Shown in pieces: positions 20,046-28,515 of a DNA stretch of 28,515 nucleotides. The stretch is from Candidatus Omnitrophota bacterium (GTDB taxonomy: Bacteria; Omnitrophota; Omnitrophia; Omnitrophales; Aquincolibacteriaceae): contig JAZDJU010000061.1 of NCBI GenBank assembly GCA_043803685.1, forward strand, positions 1 through 28,515, written 5' to 3'. Position 1 is the first letter of the stretch. The number at the start of each line of letters is the position of its first letter. Position numbers and translations under genes: made by a program. The notes beneath the pieces are model-generated. The model was not told where the DNA came from and did not search any database. It saw nothing but the letters and a program-made list of their open reading frames with translations.

Positions 20046-21200
20046 CTAGTGGGCCTGGGAGTGCTGAGAGCTCTGCGGATTCTGATAGGTCTGATGAGTC
20101 TGCCGCTCGTTACCGTTCCGCGGACGGCGGGCGTCATTTCCATGACCGCCCCGGTTGTCGCGCCAACGCTGTTCGGCGCCACGTTCGGGATGATGTCCAT
20201 TATCATCGGATAGCTTCGCGAAGATCATGCGCCCTGCCTGGGTCTGGAGCACGCTCGTGATCGTGACCTTCACGGAATGGCCCAAACGGCGTTTGCCGTT
20301 ATCCACCACGACCATGGTCCCGTCATCGAGGTACGCCACACCCTGCTCGTGTTCTTTGCCTTCCTTGAGGATCTTGATCTCCATCTCTTCCCCGGGCATG
20401 ACCACGGGCTTCAAGGCATTGGCTAGATCGTTAATGTTGAGGACCTTGACGCCTTGCAGTTCGGCAACCTTGTTCAGATTGTAATCGTTCGTGAAGACCT
20501 TGGCCTGAAGTACCTGGCCCATTTTGACAAGCTTGGCGTCCACGGTATTGAATTCCGGAAAATCCAATTCATGGATCTTCACGGTGATGTTCGGATTGGA
20601 CTGGATCGCATTCAGGACATCAAGGCCCCGCCGTCCGCGAGCGCGCTTCAAAGGGTCTGAGGAATCCGCAATGAGCTGGAGTTCCTTCAACACAAAACGC
20701 GGCAGGATCAACTTACTGGAGAGAAAATGCGTGTTGGCGATATCCGCGATGCGGCCATCGATGATGACGCTCGTGTCCAAAAGGATCATTTCCTCGCCCG
20801 GCCCCTTGGAATCAAGGTGCACGAACGGGATCATGAGACTGAACTCGTCCTGCCCGCGAAGGATCGTGATGATGCCCAGGTAGGAAAAAATGATAGCGGT
20901 CGCGATCCCGAAATTACGCGAAACCTCCGCTGTGAAATGGGCGTAGGCCACCACCGTCATAAAAAGCTTGTGCGTCAAAAGTCCGAGCGCCAACCCCAGG
21001 ATCACCGCGAGGATGTTACGGACCGTGTACTGCTTGAAAAAAATATCGATCGAAACAATGAGAACGCCGATCAATCCCCCGATCGCGGCCGAGATCCACT
21101 CACTATAAGGCACCTGCAGGTTCAAAAGCCACTGGATCTGAGCAAGATATCCGAACAGGGCACAGCCTAGAATAAAAATAATCCTTATCGCAAGAATCAT
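20046..21200 (-). CDS. PIN/TRAM-domain membrane protein (YacL-like)
   Basis: Four N-terminal TM helices, [29 protein letters not shown] and [13 protein letters not shown]...[14 protein letters not shown] at 21200 fits the AAGGAG spacing better than GTG at 21206. Confidence 0.93.
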   Translation of the reverse strand: MILAIRIIFILGCALFGYLAQIQWLLNLQVPYSEWISAAIGGLIGVLIVSIDIFFKQYTVRNILAVILGLALGLLTHKLFMTVVAYAHFTAEVSRNFGIATAIIFSYLGIITILRGQDEFSLMIPFVHLDSKGPGEEMILLDTSVIIDGRIADIANTHFLSSKLILPRFVLKELQLIADSSDPLKRARGRRGLDVLNAIQSNPNITVKIHELDFPEFNTVDAKLVKMGQVLQAKVFTNDYNLNKVAELQGVKVLNINDLANALKPVVMPGEEMEIKILKEGKEHEQGVAYLDDGTMVVVDNGKRRLGHSVKVTITSVLQTQAGRMIFAKLSDDNGHHPERGAEQRWRDNRGGHGNDARRPRNGNERQTHQTYQNPQSSQHSQAH

Positions 21201-21250
21201 GATCACCGCTCCTTTGAGATTGTTCGTATAACGTGTAAGAAAAGTGAATA

Positions 21251-21266
21251 TTCATCGTTCCCCGCT
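21251..21266. repeat. Second, partial copy of the heptamer repeat
   Basis: TTCATCGTTCCCCGCT matches TTCAGCGTTCCCCGCT (2547-2562) at 15 of 16 positions; lies just downstream of the mlaD stop. Confidence 0.5.
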
Positions 21267-21272
21267 ACCCCC

Positions 21273-22082
21273 TTAGGCCAAAAAGAGAAAATACCATTTC
21301 CTTCCGTCCTTGGAGTCCTTCTTTAAAAGCTTCCATGGATGCGCGCGCACATCCTTCACGAACGCTTCCATTTCCTTGTAAAGCTCGTCTTGCATCAAGA
21401 GTTTCCCGAGCGTTCCATCACCCTTCTGGACCTTCGCAAGGATACTGCTGAGCGAGGCGCTCGTCGATTCAATGTGCTGGAAGCTCTGCTGCATATTCCC
21501 GCCCGGCTTGAGAGAAGTATCCAGCGCTCCGCTAAGCGACGAGAGATTGTGGATCAAGGTCTTGAGGTCCTCGACCGTCCCCTTATCGTCCATCCCCGCC
21601 TTGAACTTGCCCAGGATATCTGCAAGGTGGCTCAAGATCTCATGAGCCCTATCGATCAATTCTTCGACGGCAACCAACGGAACGCCCTCCAATACCGCTC
21701 CCTGATGCAGAAGCGGAAAAGCGCCGGGTTTGGGCGTGATCTCCACATGCGGCTCGCTTAACACGTGCGTCCCGCGGATCGTGAAGGCGTAATTTTCCCT
21801 AATTTCCACACCCTTTTCAATGAAAAGCTTGACCTTCACGCGATTGTTCTGCTTCGCTTCGTCAAAAACAATGTCCACCTTGCTCACTTCCCCGACCCGG
21901 ACCCCCGCCATGCGCACCGGAGCCCCCTGATTGAGGATGCTGACATAATTGAACATCACATCAACGGTATATCCCGAGCGGAACAGATAAACACCGCTGA
22001 CAAAAAAGAGCACTAACGTCAGAAAAATGAAACCCACGATCACAAAAACACCGACCGACACCTCATTGCTTTTCTTTTTCAT
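21273..22082 (-). CDS. mlaD: MCE/MlaD family protein with a helical C-terminal extension
   Basis: EVSVGVFV TM helix, MCE motif LNQGAPVRMAGVRVGEV, helical region, GDGTLGKLL and HPWKLL. Confidence 0.9.
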   Translation of the reverse strand: MKKKSNEVSVGVFVIVGFIFLTLVLFFVSGVYLFRSGYTVDVMFNYVSILNQGAPVRMAGVRVGEVSKVDIVFDEAKQNNRVKVKLFIEKGVEIRENYAFTIRGTHVLSEPHVEITPKPGAFPLLHQGAVLEGVPLVAVEELIDRAHEILSHLADILGKFKAGMDDKGTVEDLKTLIHNLSSLSGALDTSLKPGGNMQQSFQHIESTSASLSSILAKVQKGDGTLGKLLMQDELYKEMEAFVKDVRAHPWKLLKKDSKDGRKWYFLFLA

Positions 22083-22849
22083 AATGACTCCGTCTCCTTT
22101 TGCTGCTTAGCCGTGATCGGCCCATGCGCCGATCCGGTGATAAATTGCTGAATGACCGGGTCCTTGGAATTCCGGATCTCATCTGGCGTTCCGATGCCGA
22201 TGATCTTCCCCTCGTAAAGCATGGCGATACGGTCCGCCACCTTGTAAGCGCTCGTCATGTCGTGGGTCACCACGATCGAGGTCACCTTCAACTGCTTCTG
22301 CATGCTCAGGATAAGATCGTTGATGACGTCGGCGTTGATCGGATCAAGGCCTGTCGTCGGTTCATCATAAAGAATGATCTTCGGCTCATTGCAGATCGCC
22401 CGCGCCAGCCCGACCCGTTTTTTCATACCTCCGGAAAGGCTGGAAGGCATCAGCTCCTCGATCCCCTCGAGCCCCACCATCCGCAACTTTTCCACGACTT
22501 TTCTCGTGATCACTTCCTCGGAGAGGGTTGTGTGCTCAAAGAGCGAGAATCCGACATTCTCGAGCACGGTCAATGAATCAAAAAGCGCGGCCCCCTGGAA
22601 AAGCATCCCGAGTTCCAACCGGAACTGATCTTGTTCTTCAGGCTCCATCGAGAACATGGAACGTCCATCGATCTTGATATCCCCTTCGTCCGGCTCCAGG
22701 ATCGCCATAATGTGTTTCAAAAGAACGCTTTTTCCGCACCCCGAGCGTCCAATGATCACGATCGTCTCGCCTTCCTTGATGGTCAGGTCGACACCACAAA
22801 GCACATGGTGATCGTCAAACCATTTATGAATACCCTTGATCTCGATCAT
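22079..22849 (-). CDS. mlaF: ABC transporter ATPase, MlaF/Mkl family
   Basis: GRSGCGKS, GMLFQGAALFDSLTV, LSGGMKKRVGLARA, YDEPTTGLDP and VVTHD. Confidence 0.93.
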   Translation of the reverse strand: MIEIKGIHKWFDDHHVLCGVDLTIKEGETIVIIGRSGCGKSVLLKHIMAILEPDEGDIKIDGRSMFSMEPEEQDQFRLELGMLFQGAALFDSLTVLENVGFSLFEHTTLSEEVITRKVVEKLRMVGLEGIEELMPSSLSGGMKKRVGLARAICNEPKIILYDEPTTGLDPINADVINDLILSMQKQLKVTSIVVTHDMTSAYKVADRIAMLYEGKIIGIGTPDEIRNSKDPVIQQFITGSAHGPITAKQQKETESL

Positions 22850-22867
22850 GAAATACGATTCTCTTGT

Positions 22868-23680
22868 TTAGAAAAAATAGAAGATCGCTGAAAAAAGCGC
22901 GTCGGAGGCGATCACCATGATAAGCGAAACCACCACCGCAAGCGTTGTCGCCCGTCCCACGCCTTCAGCGCCCCCTCGGGCCGTGAACCCGAAATAGCAG
23001 CCGACGATCGAAATGATTCCCCCAAAGAAAAAGGCTTTGATCAATCCCGTCACGACATCCTTGACCATCAGCGCGTCGATTCCGCGTTTGATATACATAT
23101 GAGAGCTCATGCCGAGCTTGAAGACCGAGATCAAATACCCCCCGAACATCCCGATCACGTCCGCGTACATGGTCAAAAGGAACAGCATGAAGAGTCCCGC
23201 GATGAACCTCGGGACCACGAGATACTGGACGGGATTCATGGCAAGGGCCTTCAGCGCGTCAACCTGCTCGGTCACTTTCATGGTCCCGAGTTCCGCGGCA
23301 ATGGAGGCGCCCACACGCCCGGCCACCACCATCGACGTAAGCACAGGCCCAAGCTCGCGGCAAAGCGAGACGGAGATAAGATCAGAAGTGAACTTTTCGG
23401 CGGAAAAAAGGCGTAATTGATAGGCCGATTGCAGGGCAAGCACCATCCCCGTAAAGAATGCCGTAAGAAAAACCAGCGGAAGCGACTGCACGCCGATCTT
23501 GTTCATCTGGTCGAGTGTGGCTTTCCAACGGATCTTTCCGGAGACCAGGAGTACGAACGCGTCCCTGAAAAGAAGGGCGATCCCTCCAGCGCCCTGAAAA
23601 ATATCCAGGCACCCGGCCCCGAACCTTTGGAGCCATGTCCTGACCGACACAGCCCGCCTCAGATCATCCCAGTCCGACAT
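22868..23680 (-). CDS. mlaE: ABC transporter permease, MlaE family
   Basis: IGVQSLP, RELGPVLT, AGRVGASIAAELGTMKVTEQVDAL, LVVPR and GGAEGVGRATT. Confidence 0.95.
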   Translation of the reverse strand: MSDWDDLRRAVSVRTWLQRFGAGCLDIFQGAGGIALLFRDAFVLLVSGKIRWKATLDQMNKIGVQSLPLVFLTAFFTGMVLALQSAYQLRLFSAEKFTSDLISVSLCRELGPVLTSMVVAGRVGASIAAELGTMKVTEQVDALKALAMNPVQYLVVPRFIAGLFMLFLLTMYADVIGMFGGYLISVFKLGMSSHMYIKRGIDALMVKDVVTGLIKAFFFGGIISIVGCYFGFTARGGAEGVGRATTLAVVVSLIMVIASDALFSAIFYFF

Positions 23681-23734
23681 AGAATCCCTTTATCATGAAT
23701 CCGCTCACATTTCCAAGAATACAATTCTTCGAAC

Positions 23735-25666
23735 TCAGAACTTCAATTTAGGCCCGAAAAGGATCGTCTGCTCTTCCTTTTGGGAGTCCGTGTCCTCGTC
23801 TCCGTCCGCGACAGCTCCGGACTTTGTTTCCGGAGGACGAGCCTCCAGGATCGAAAGCTCCCCCCACCGACCTAACTTGGAACTATTCAGCTCCAGACTG
23901 TTGTCCTTTTCATGAAGAACCGCCTCGAGCCCTTTCCAGATCACCAGATTGTCCGGCGTCTGTATTTTTACTCCCGCGAATATATTGTCAAGCTTCAAAT
24001 CCATGGCCCCGGTCAAAAAAAAGGCCGTCCGGCCCTTCCATATCTTCGAATCCTTAAGCGGTAGATAAGGAAGAAAACCGCGAAGTTGGATGATACCACG
24101 GTCGTAATCAAGTTGCCCCCATTTTCCGTCACGGATATTAAAGATCCCCGAGACTTCGGGCTTCTTAAGGTCCCCTTCCACGGAAAGCGTCCCTTCCAGG
24201 AGACCCCCGAGGGCTTTAGGTAAAGGTTTCGCAGAAAACTGGTGCACGGTCCCAAGATCAAAATCCGCCACCTTCAGAAGAAGTTTCACGTGCGGATTCT
24301 TGCCCGGCTTCGTCACCTGTCCCGTCATCTGGAATTTCTCTCCCCACGTAGAGCGGATGCCCGTAACACCGAGTGGACTTAACTCAAAAGAACCTTTGAG
24401 GTCTTTAAAGGGTTGGCGATCCAGAATAAAATAGTCTGTCTCATATTCTCCTTTAAAGAAAATGTCACGGCCCTTCCAGCGCGGCGACATGGCATGGAAA
24501 AAAAGTTTCCCCTGCGTCACAAGGTCCATCCCGAAGATCTTGATGTGGTCCAGGTGAAAGTTGAACATAAAGTCCAGCCCCCGGAGATTGGAATGGATCG
24601 CCATCCGCTTTGTTCCCTTCGCCACGCTCAGCTCGTAGTTACCACTTGAAAAATCGAACTCTCCACGCCCCTCGTAACCCCGATTCAAAGCGATCGAATC
24701 GATCACAAAACGTTTCCCGTCCTGGTGGACCTTCCCCTGGAAATTAAAAGCCCGTTCGTCCACCGGCTGAAAAGTCCCTTCGAGCGTCTGGTGCGGCAAA
24801 TTAAGCGCGAAATCAAGCTTCATCAAGGGCATGTCTTTCCCGACCCGGAGATGCCCGCTGATCTCGGGCTGCCCCTCATGGTTCAAAAAGGCCCCGGAAA
24901 GCTCCGCGTGCCACCCGTAGAGCGTCCCCTGCAGTCCCTCAAAAAAAAGATCGTTCCCGACCCAATGGATCTTTCCCTCGAGGGCTTTCAAAGGAAGAGG
25001 AATATCGGAGGCAAAATCGGTCGCGTTCAGTTCCAGCCAAAGATCGTGGGTGTTATTGAAGGGATCCACCTCACCGTAGATACGGACCCGCCCCTCCAAC
25101 ATTCCGGACATGCGGGCCCGCACATCCACTCCAACTTTTTTACCGAAGGAAGGCAGGATCTTACCCTCCAGGTCCTTGAGCAGGATCTCTTTACCGAGGG
25201 ACGAGAGCAGATAACGGACCTCCCCGCCCTTGAAATCGAGCGATGGCATGGCGGGACCCGACGTTCCTTCGGGAGAACCTTCAAAATAGCGGTAGGGAAA
25301 CTGGCCCTGTTCGATCAGGATCGCGGGATTTTTCAATACGACACCCTCGGGCGCGTCGAATTTCCGCGTCCAAAGCTGTTTCAGTCCATAACGAAAAAGG
25401 AGGCGGTCCGCGCGTATCGATTGTGAGCCGCCTTTGATGGAAGGGGTCTCGATGAGGATCTTCTCGAGGGACAACTGGTTCAGGCGGTAAGGACGGATCT
25501 GACCAATGTGGACAGTGGCTTTAAGATACTCTCCGACCTTTTTCTCGGCAAAGGCTTTAAATTCCTGGGAATGCGCCAGACGTCCGAGAAGAAAATAAAA
25601 GAGAAGCGCGACCGTCACCCCCGCAAGAGCGAGGGAGAAAAGGAAAACCTTCAAAAAGCGGAACAT
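23735..25666 (-). CDS. Hypothetical envelope protein, AsmA/TamB-like (putative beta-groove lipid bridge)
   Basis: N-terminal TM anchor, then ~600 aa of amphipathic beta strands (e.g. LEGTLSVEGDLKKPEVSGIFNIRDG, LSVxGxLxxP being TamB/AsmA-like). Ends TILFGPKLKF. Family assignment is from pattern only. Confidence 0.6.
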   Translation of the reverse strand: MFRFLKVFLFSLALAGVTVALLFYFLLGRLAHSQEFKAFAEKKVGEYLKATVHIGQIRPYRLNQLSLEKILIETPSIKGGSQSIRADRLLFRYGLKQLWTRKFDAPEGVVLKNPAILIEQGQFPYRYFEGSPEGTSGPAMPSLDFKGGEVRYLLSSLGKEILLKDLEGKILPSFGKKVGVDVRARMSGMLEGRVRIYGEVDPFNNTHDLWLELNATDFASDIPLPLKALEGKIHWVGNDLFFEGLQGTLYGWHAELSGAFLNHEGQPEISGHLRVGKDMPLMKLDFALNLPHQTLEGTFQPVDERAFNFQGKVHQDGKRFVIDSIALNRGYEGRGEFDFSSGNYELSVAKGTKRMAIHSNLRGLDFMFNFHLDHIKIFGMDLVTQGKLFFHAMSPRWKGRDIFFKGEYETDYFILDRQPFKDLKGSFELSPLGVTGIRSTWGEKFQMTGQVTKPGKNPHVKLLLKVADFDLGTVHQFSAKPLPKALGGLLEGTLSVEGDLKKPEVSGIFNIRDGKWGQLDYDRGIIQLRGFLPYLPLKDSKIWKGRTAFFLTGAMDLKLDNIFAGVKIQTPDNLVIWKGLEAVLHEKDNSLELNSSKLGRWGELSILEARPPETKSGAVADGDEDTDSQKEEQTILFGPKLKF

Positions 25667-25681
25667 GTACTCGCTTTCGCG

Positions 25682-25853
25682 CTATCCTTGTCTAAAACTT
25701 GATTTCTCAAATGGTTGACAAGGACAGCCCTGACTATCATTTTCTTTTTCTGAATGGTAGTCAGGACAGCCCCAATCTCAGCTCCGCTTCGATTGATTGG
25801 GATTGGGACTGCCCCAATTTCAACTCCGTTGAAATTGATAGGCATTGGGACTA
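25682..25853. repeat. Tandem array of four hairpin cassettes (39-40 nt) joined by CAG/CTG and bounded by CTA
   Basis: CTA|TCCTTGTC..GACAAGGA|CAG|CCCTGACTATCATT..AATGGTAGTCAGGA|CAG|CCCCAATCTCA..TGGGATTGGGA|CTG|CCCCAATTTC..CATTGGGA|CTA. GGAC recurs at 25722, 25764, 25806 and 25848 (42-nt period). Confidence 0.88.
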
Positions 25854-28322
25854 GGTCGCTTTTTCGAAAGAGATCCGTTCGCCACGGATCTCCGCCACGA
25901 TCTTGTCACCTTCCTCGAATTTCCCGCCTAGGATCTCTTCGGCCAACACATTCTCAATGAAGCGCTGGATCGTCCTCTTGAGAGGCCGGGCGCCAAACAC
26001 AGGATCGTATCCCTGATCGATCAAGAACTTCAGGACCTCTTCGGAAAGGACCAGTTCGATCTTCTTTTCCTTGAGACGTTCATGCACTTCCTTGAGCTCG
26101 ATATGGATGATCTGCTCCAGGTCCTGACGCGTGAGCGGATGAAAAACGATCGTGTCGTCGACCCGGTTCAAAAACTCCGGACGGAACACTTTTTTCGTTT
26201 CGTCCAAAAGCTTCTGCTTCAATCCGTCGTAATTCATCTCGTCTTTTTTTGGCGCAAAACCAAGGTCCCCCTGCTTCCGGACAAGGTCCGCCCCGACATT
26301 CGAGGTCATGATCACGATCGTGTTCCTGAAATCCACTTTGCGGCCGAATGAGTCCGTCAAACGTCCTTCTTCCATGAGTTGAAGGAGAATGTTGAAGACA
26401 TCCGGATGAGCTTTTTCGATCTCGTCCAGGAGCACCACCGAATAGGGGCGCCGGCGCACTTTTTCCGTGAGCTGACCGCCCTCTTCGTAACCCACGTACC
26501 CCGGGGGCGCCCCGACAAGACGCGACACGTTGAATTTTTCGCCGTACTCGGAGCAATCCACCACGATCACGGCATCCTGATCGCCGAACATGAAATCCGC
26601 GAGCGCGCGGGCGAGAAGCGTTTTCCCGACACCGGTCGGCCCTAAAAAGATGAACGAGCCAATGGGACGGCGCGGATTGCGAAGTCCGGAACGGGAGCGG
26701 CGTACCGCGTGCGAGATGGCACGGATCGCCTCGTCCTGACCAATGATCTTCCGGTGGAGCTCTTCTTCCATTTTGAGAAGACGCGCTGTCTCCTTTTCCT
26801 CTAAACGGGAAAGAGGAACGCCGGTCCACTTGGCGACCACGTACGCGATGTCTTCTTCAGTCACCTGCACCTCGACCTCGGACTTGGATTCCTTCCAGCT
26901 TTTCTTCATCTTCTGGAGTTCTTCCTTGGCCTTGCGCTCGTCGTCCCGCATTTTCGCGGCCTTCTCAAAATCCTGGGCCTTAATGGAAGCTTCCTTCTCG
27001 CGGCGCAGGGCTTCGATCTCGGTCTCAGCTTTCTTCAGGTCCTTGGGCATGGTCGTAACAGACAGCCTCGCGCGCGAGGCTGCTTCATCGATAATATCGA
27101 TCGCCTTGTCCGGAAGGAACCGTCCGGAAATGTAACGGTCCGAAAGTTTGGCCGCAGCCTCGAGCGCCTCGTCCAAGATCTTCACCCGGTGATGGGCTTC
27201 GTATTTGTCGCGGAGTCCCTTCAGGATCTGGATCGTGTCCTCCACCGACGGCGGTTCCACGACCACGGTCTGAAAACGACGGGCAAGCGCCGCGTCTTTT
27301 TCGATATATTTCCGGTATTCGTCGAGGGTGGTCGCTCCGATACACTGGATCTCGCCCCGGGAAAGAGAAGGCTTCAGGATATTCGACGCGTCGATCGCGC
27401 CTTCCGCGCCTCCGGCACCCACGAGCGTATGCAATTCGTCGATAAAGATCATGACATTTTCCGTGCGACGAATTTCGTCCATCACGGCCTTGATACGTTC
27501 TTCGAATTGACCTCGGTATTTCGTTCCCGCGACCATCAGCGCGAGGTCGAGCACGACAATCCGCTTGTCCGCCAGGATCTCCGGCGCGTCGCCATTGATG
27601 ATCATCTGAGCCAGGCCTTCCACGATCGCGGTCTTTCCGACCCCCGCCTCTCCCAAAAGCACGGGGTTGTTCTTCGTGCGGCGCGCGAGGATCTGGATCA
27701 CACGCTGAATCTCATCCTGACGGCCCACAACCGGGTCCAGTTTTCCGTCCCGGGCGAGTTGTGAAAGATCGCGGCCAAACGCGTCAAGAGCCGGCGTCTT
27801 GGTCTTGGATTTCCCCGCGGGTCCACTCCCCATCCCGGAGCCACCCATCGTGGGCGACGGCGCGCCAGGTTCTGAATTGGGCGTCGTGGAACCTAAGAGT
27901 TTAATGACCTCGGAGCGCACCTTATTCAGATCAAGCCCCACATTCATGAGCACGTGACTCGCGACGCCTTCGCCTTCCTTGATAAGACCCAGGAGCAAAT
28001 GCTCGGTCCCGATATAGTTGTGTCCAAGACGACGGGCTTCGTCCATCGCGAGCTCGATCACTTTCTTGGCCTTGGGCGTGAACGGGATGTCCCCCGAAAC
28101 GACCGTGCTCGGTCCGAACTGGACAAGCTTCTCGACTTCAAGACGGATCGTATCCAGTGACAGTCCAAGGTTCTGGAGCACCGCCGCCGCGACACTTTCC
28201 CCTTCTTTGATAAGCCCAAGCAGAATGTGCTCGGTCCCGATATAGTCGTGGTTAAAACGCTTGGCTTCTTCCTTGGCAAGAATGATGACTTTACGAGCTC
28301 TTTCCGTGAAACGATCGAACAT
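25851..28322 (-). CDS. clpC: ATP-dependent Clp protease ATP-binding subunit ClpC
   Basis: Two ClpN repeats (MFDRFTERA, HxYIGTEH), Walker A motifs GEAGVGKT and [11 protein letters not shown] coiled coil ([11 protein letters not shown]), ClpP-binding loop LGF. GGAGG SD. Confidence 0.97.
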   Translation of the reverse strand: MFDRFTERARKVIILAKEEAKRFNHDYIGTEHILLGLIKEGESVAAAVLQNLGLSLDTIRLEVEKLVQFGPSTVVSGDIPFTPKAKKVIELAMDEARRLGHNYIGTEHLLLGLIKEGEGVASHVLMNVGLDLNKVRSEVIKLLGSTTPNSEPGAPSPTMGGSGMGSGPAGKSKTKTPALDAFGRDLSQLARDGKLDPVVGRQDEIQRVIQILARRTKNNPVLLGEAGVGKTAIVEGLAQMIINGDAPEILADKRIVVLDLALMVAGTKYRGQFEERIKAVMDEIRRTENVMIFIDELHTLVGAGGAEGAIDASNILKPSLSRGEIQCIGATTLDEYRKYIEKDAALARRFQTVVVEPPSVEDTIQILKGLRDKYEAHHRVKILDEALEAAAKLSDRYISGRFLPDKAIDIIDEAASRARLSVTTMPKDLKKAETEIEALRREKEASIKAQDFEKAAKMRDDERKAKEELQKMKKSWKESKSEVEVQVTEEDIAYVVAKWTGVPLSRLEEKETARLLKMEEELHRKIIGQDEAIRAISHAVRRSRSGLRNPRRPIGSFIFLGPTGVGKTLLARALADFMFGDQDAVIVVDCSEYGEKFNVSRLVGAPPGYVGYEEGGQLTEKVRRRPYSVVLLDEIEKAHPDVFNILLQLMEEGRLTDSFGRKVDFRNTIVIMTSNVGADLVRKQGDLGFAPKKDEMNYDGLKQKLLDETKKVFRPEFLNRVDDTIVFHPLTRQDLEQIIHIELKEVHERLKEKKIELVLSEEVLKFLIDQGYDPVFGARPLKRTIQRFIENVLAEEILGGKFEEGDKIVAEIRGERISFEKAT

Positions 28323-28356
28323 GGTAAACCTCCAGATGAATTAAAACGTTATGAGA

Positions 28357-28398
28357 CTGTCACAATACTTATCAAATTCAACGAAGTTGAAATTGGTG
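28357..28398 (-). repeat. Inverted copy of the CCCCAAT-type cassette with an adjacent CTG junction, upstream of clpC
   Basis: Reverse complement of 28360-28398 is CACCAATTTCAACTTCGTTGAATTTGATAAGTATTGTGA, 33/39 identical to 25812-25850. CTG at 28357-28359. Confidence 0.8.
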
Positions 28399-28515
28399 TT
28401 CACGCATACTCTGTTGTTAAGGAAGGTTACTTACCTGTTGTAGGAACCGTAAACGTTACAACTCAAGATGTTGATGTTGATGTTGTACTTGTTCTCGAAA
28501 CCTACACCATTACCT
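28399..28515 (+). other. Start-less coding-like fragment resembling a PEGA/Ig-like surface-protein repeat; possibly foreign or chimeric
   Basis: Open frame VHAYSVVKEGYLPVVGTVNVTTQDVDVDVVLVLETYTIT. About 40% GC by hand count, with GTT/GTA Val codons unlike the neighbouring genes. Confidence 0.5.

Noticed and set aside
25651..25845. 64-aa ORF with 14-aa repeats (and the opposite-strand ORF 25754-25960)
   Set aside because: The repeats follow from the 42-nt period of the DNA array; there is no SD and both ORFs overlap real genes.
25682..25853. TIGR-type guide RNA array
   Set aside because: Unit size is similar, but unit lengths vary across the arrays, I see no consistent box motifs, no Nop-domain gene is nearby, and copies occur in both orientations. 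Not supported, though not formally excluded.

Overview
Housekeeping region of a diderm bacterium; gene order and protein style suggest Ca. Omnitrophota or another PVC-like lineage (inference only). Almost all genes are on the minus strand, transcribed in this order: clpC, an AsmA/TamB-like protein, mlaE-mlaF-mlaD, PIN/TRAM, ispDF, cysS, tmk, holB, metG, tatD, an M50 protease, mtnA, thiL, tsaE, a TPR protein, radC, then (after one plus-strand HAD hydrolase) a BT1-type MFS transporter, a 3D-domain protein, mutS, mutL and a CDF transporter cut by the left edge. The strongest unexplained signal is non-coding: a family of 34-40-nt self-complementary cassettes joined head to tail by CTG/CAG trinucleotides. 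There is a six-cassette array at the tsaE stop codon (10348-10592), a four-cassette array at the clpC stop codon (25682-25853), an inverted copy upstream of clpC (28360-28398) and a solo CTG-loop hairpin (7971-7993). No transposase or cas gene is present in the window. Also notable: an MlaEFD locus next to an AsmA/TamB-like protein with no mlaABC in the window, a second repeat family built of heptamers, a symmetric divergent promoter with probable leaderless genes, and a foreign-looking last ~120 nt that may be a chimeric join.
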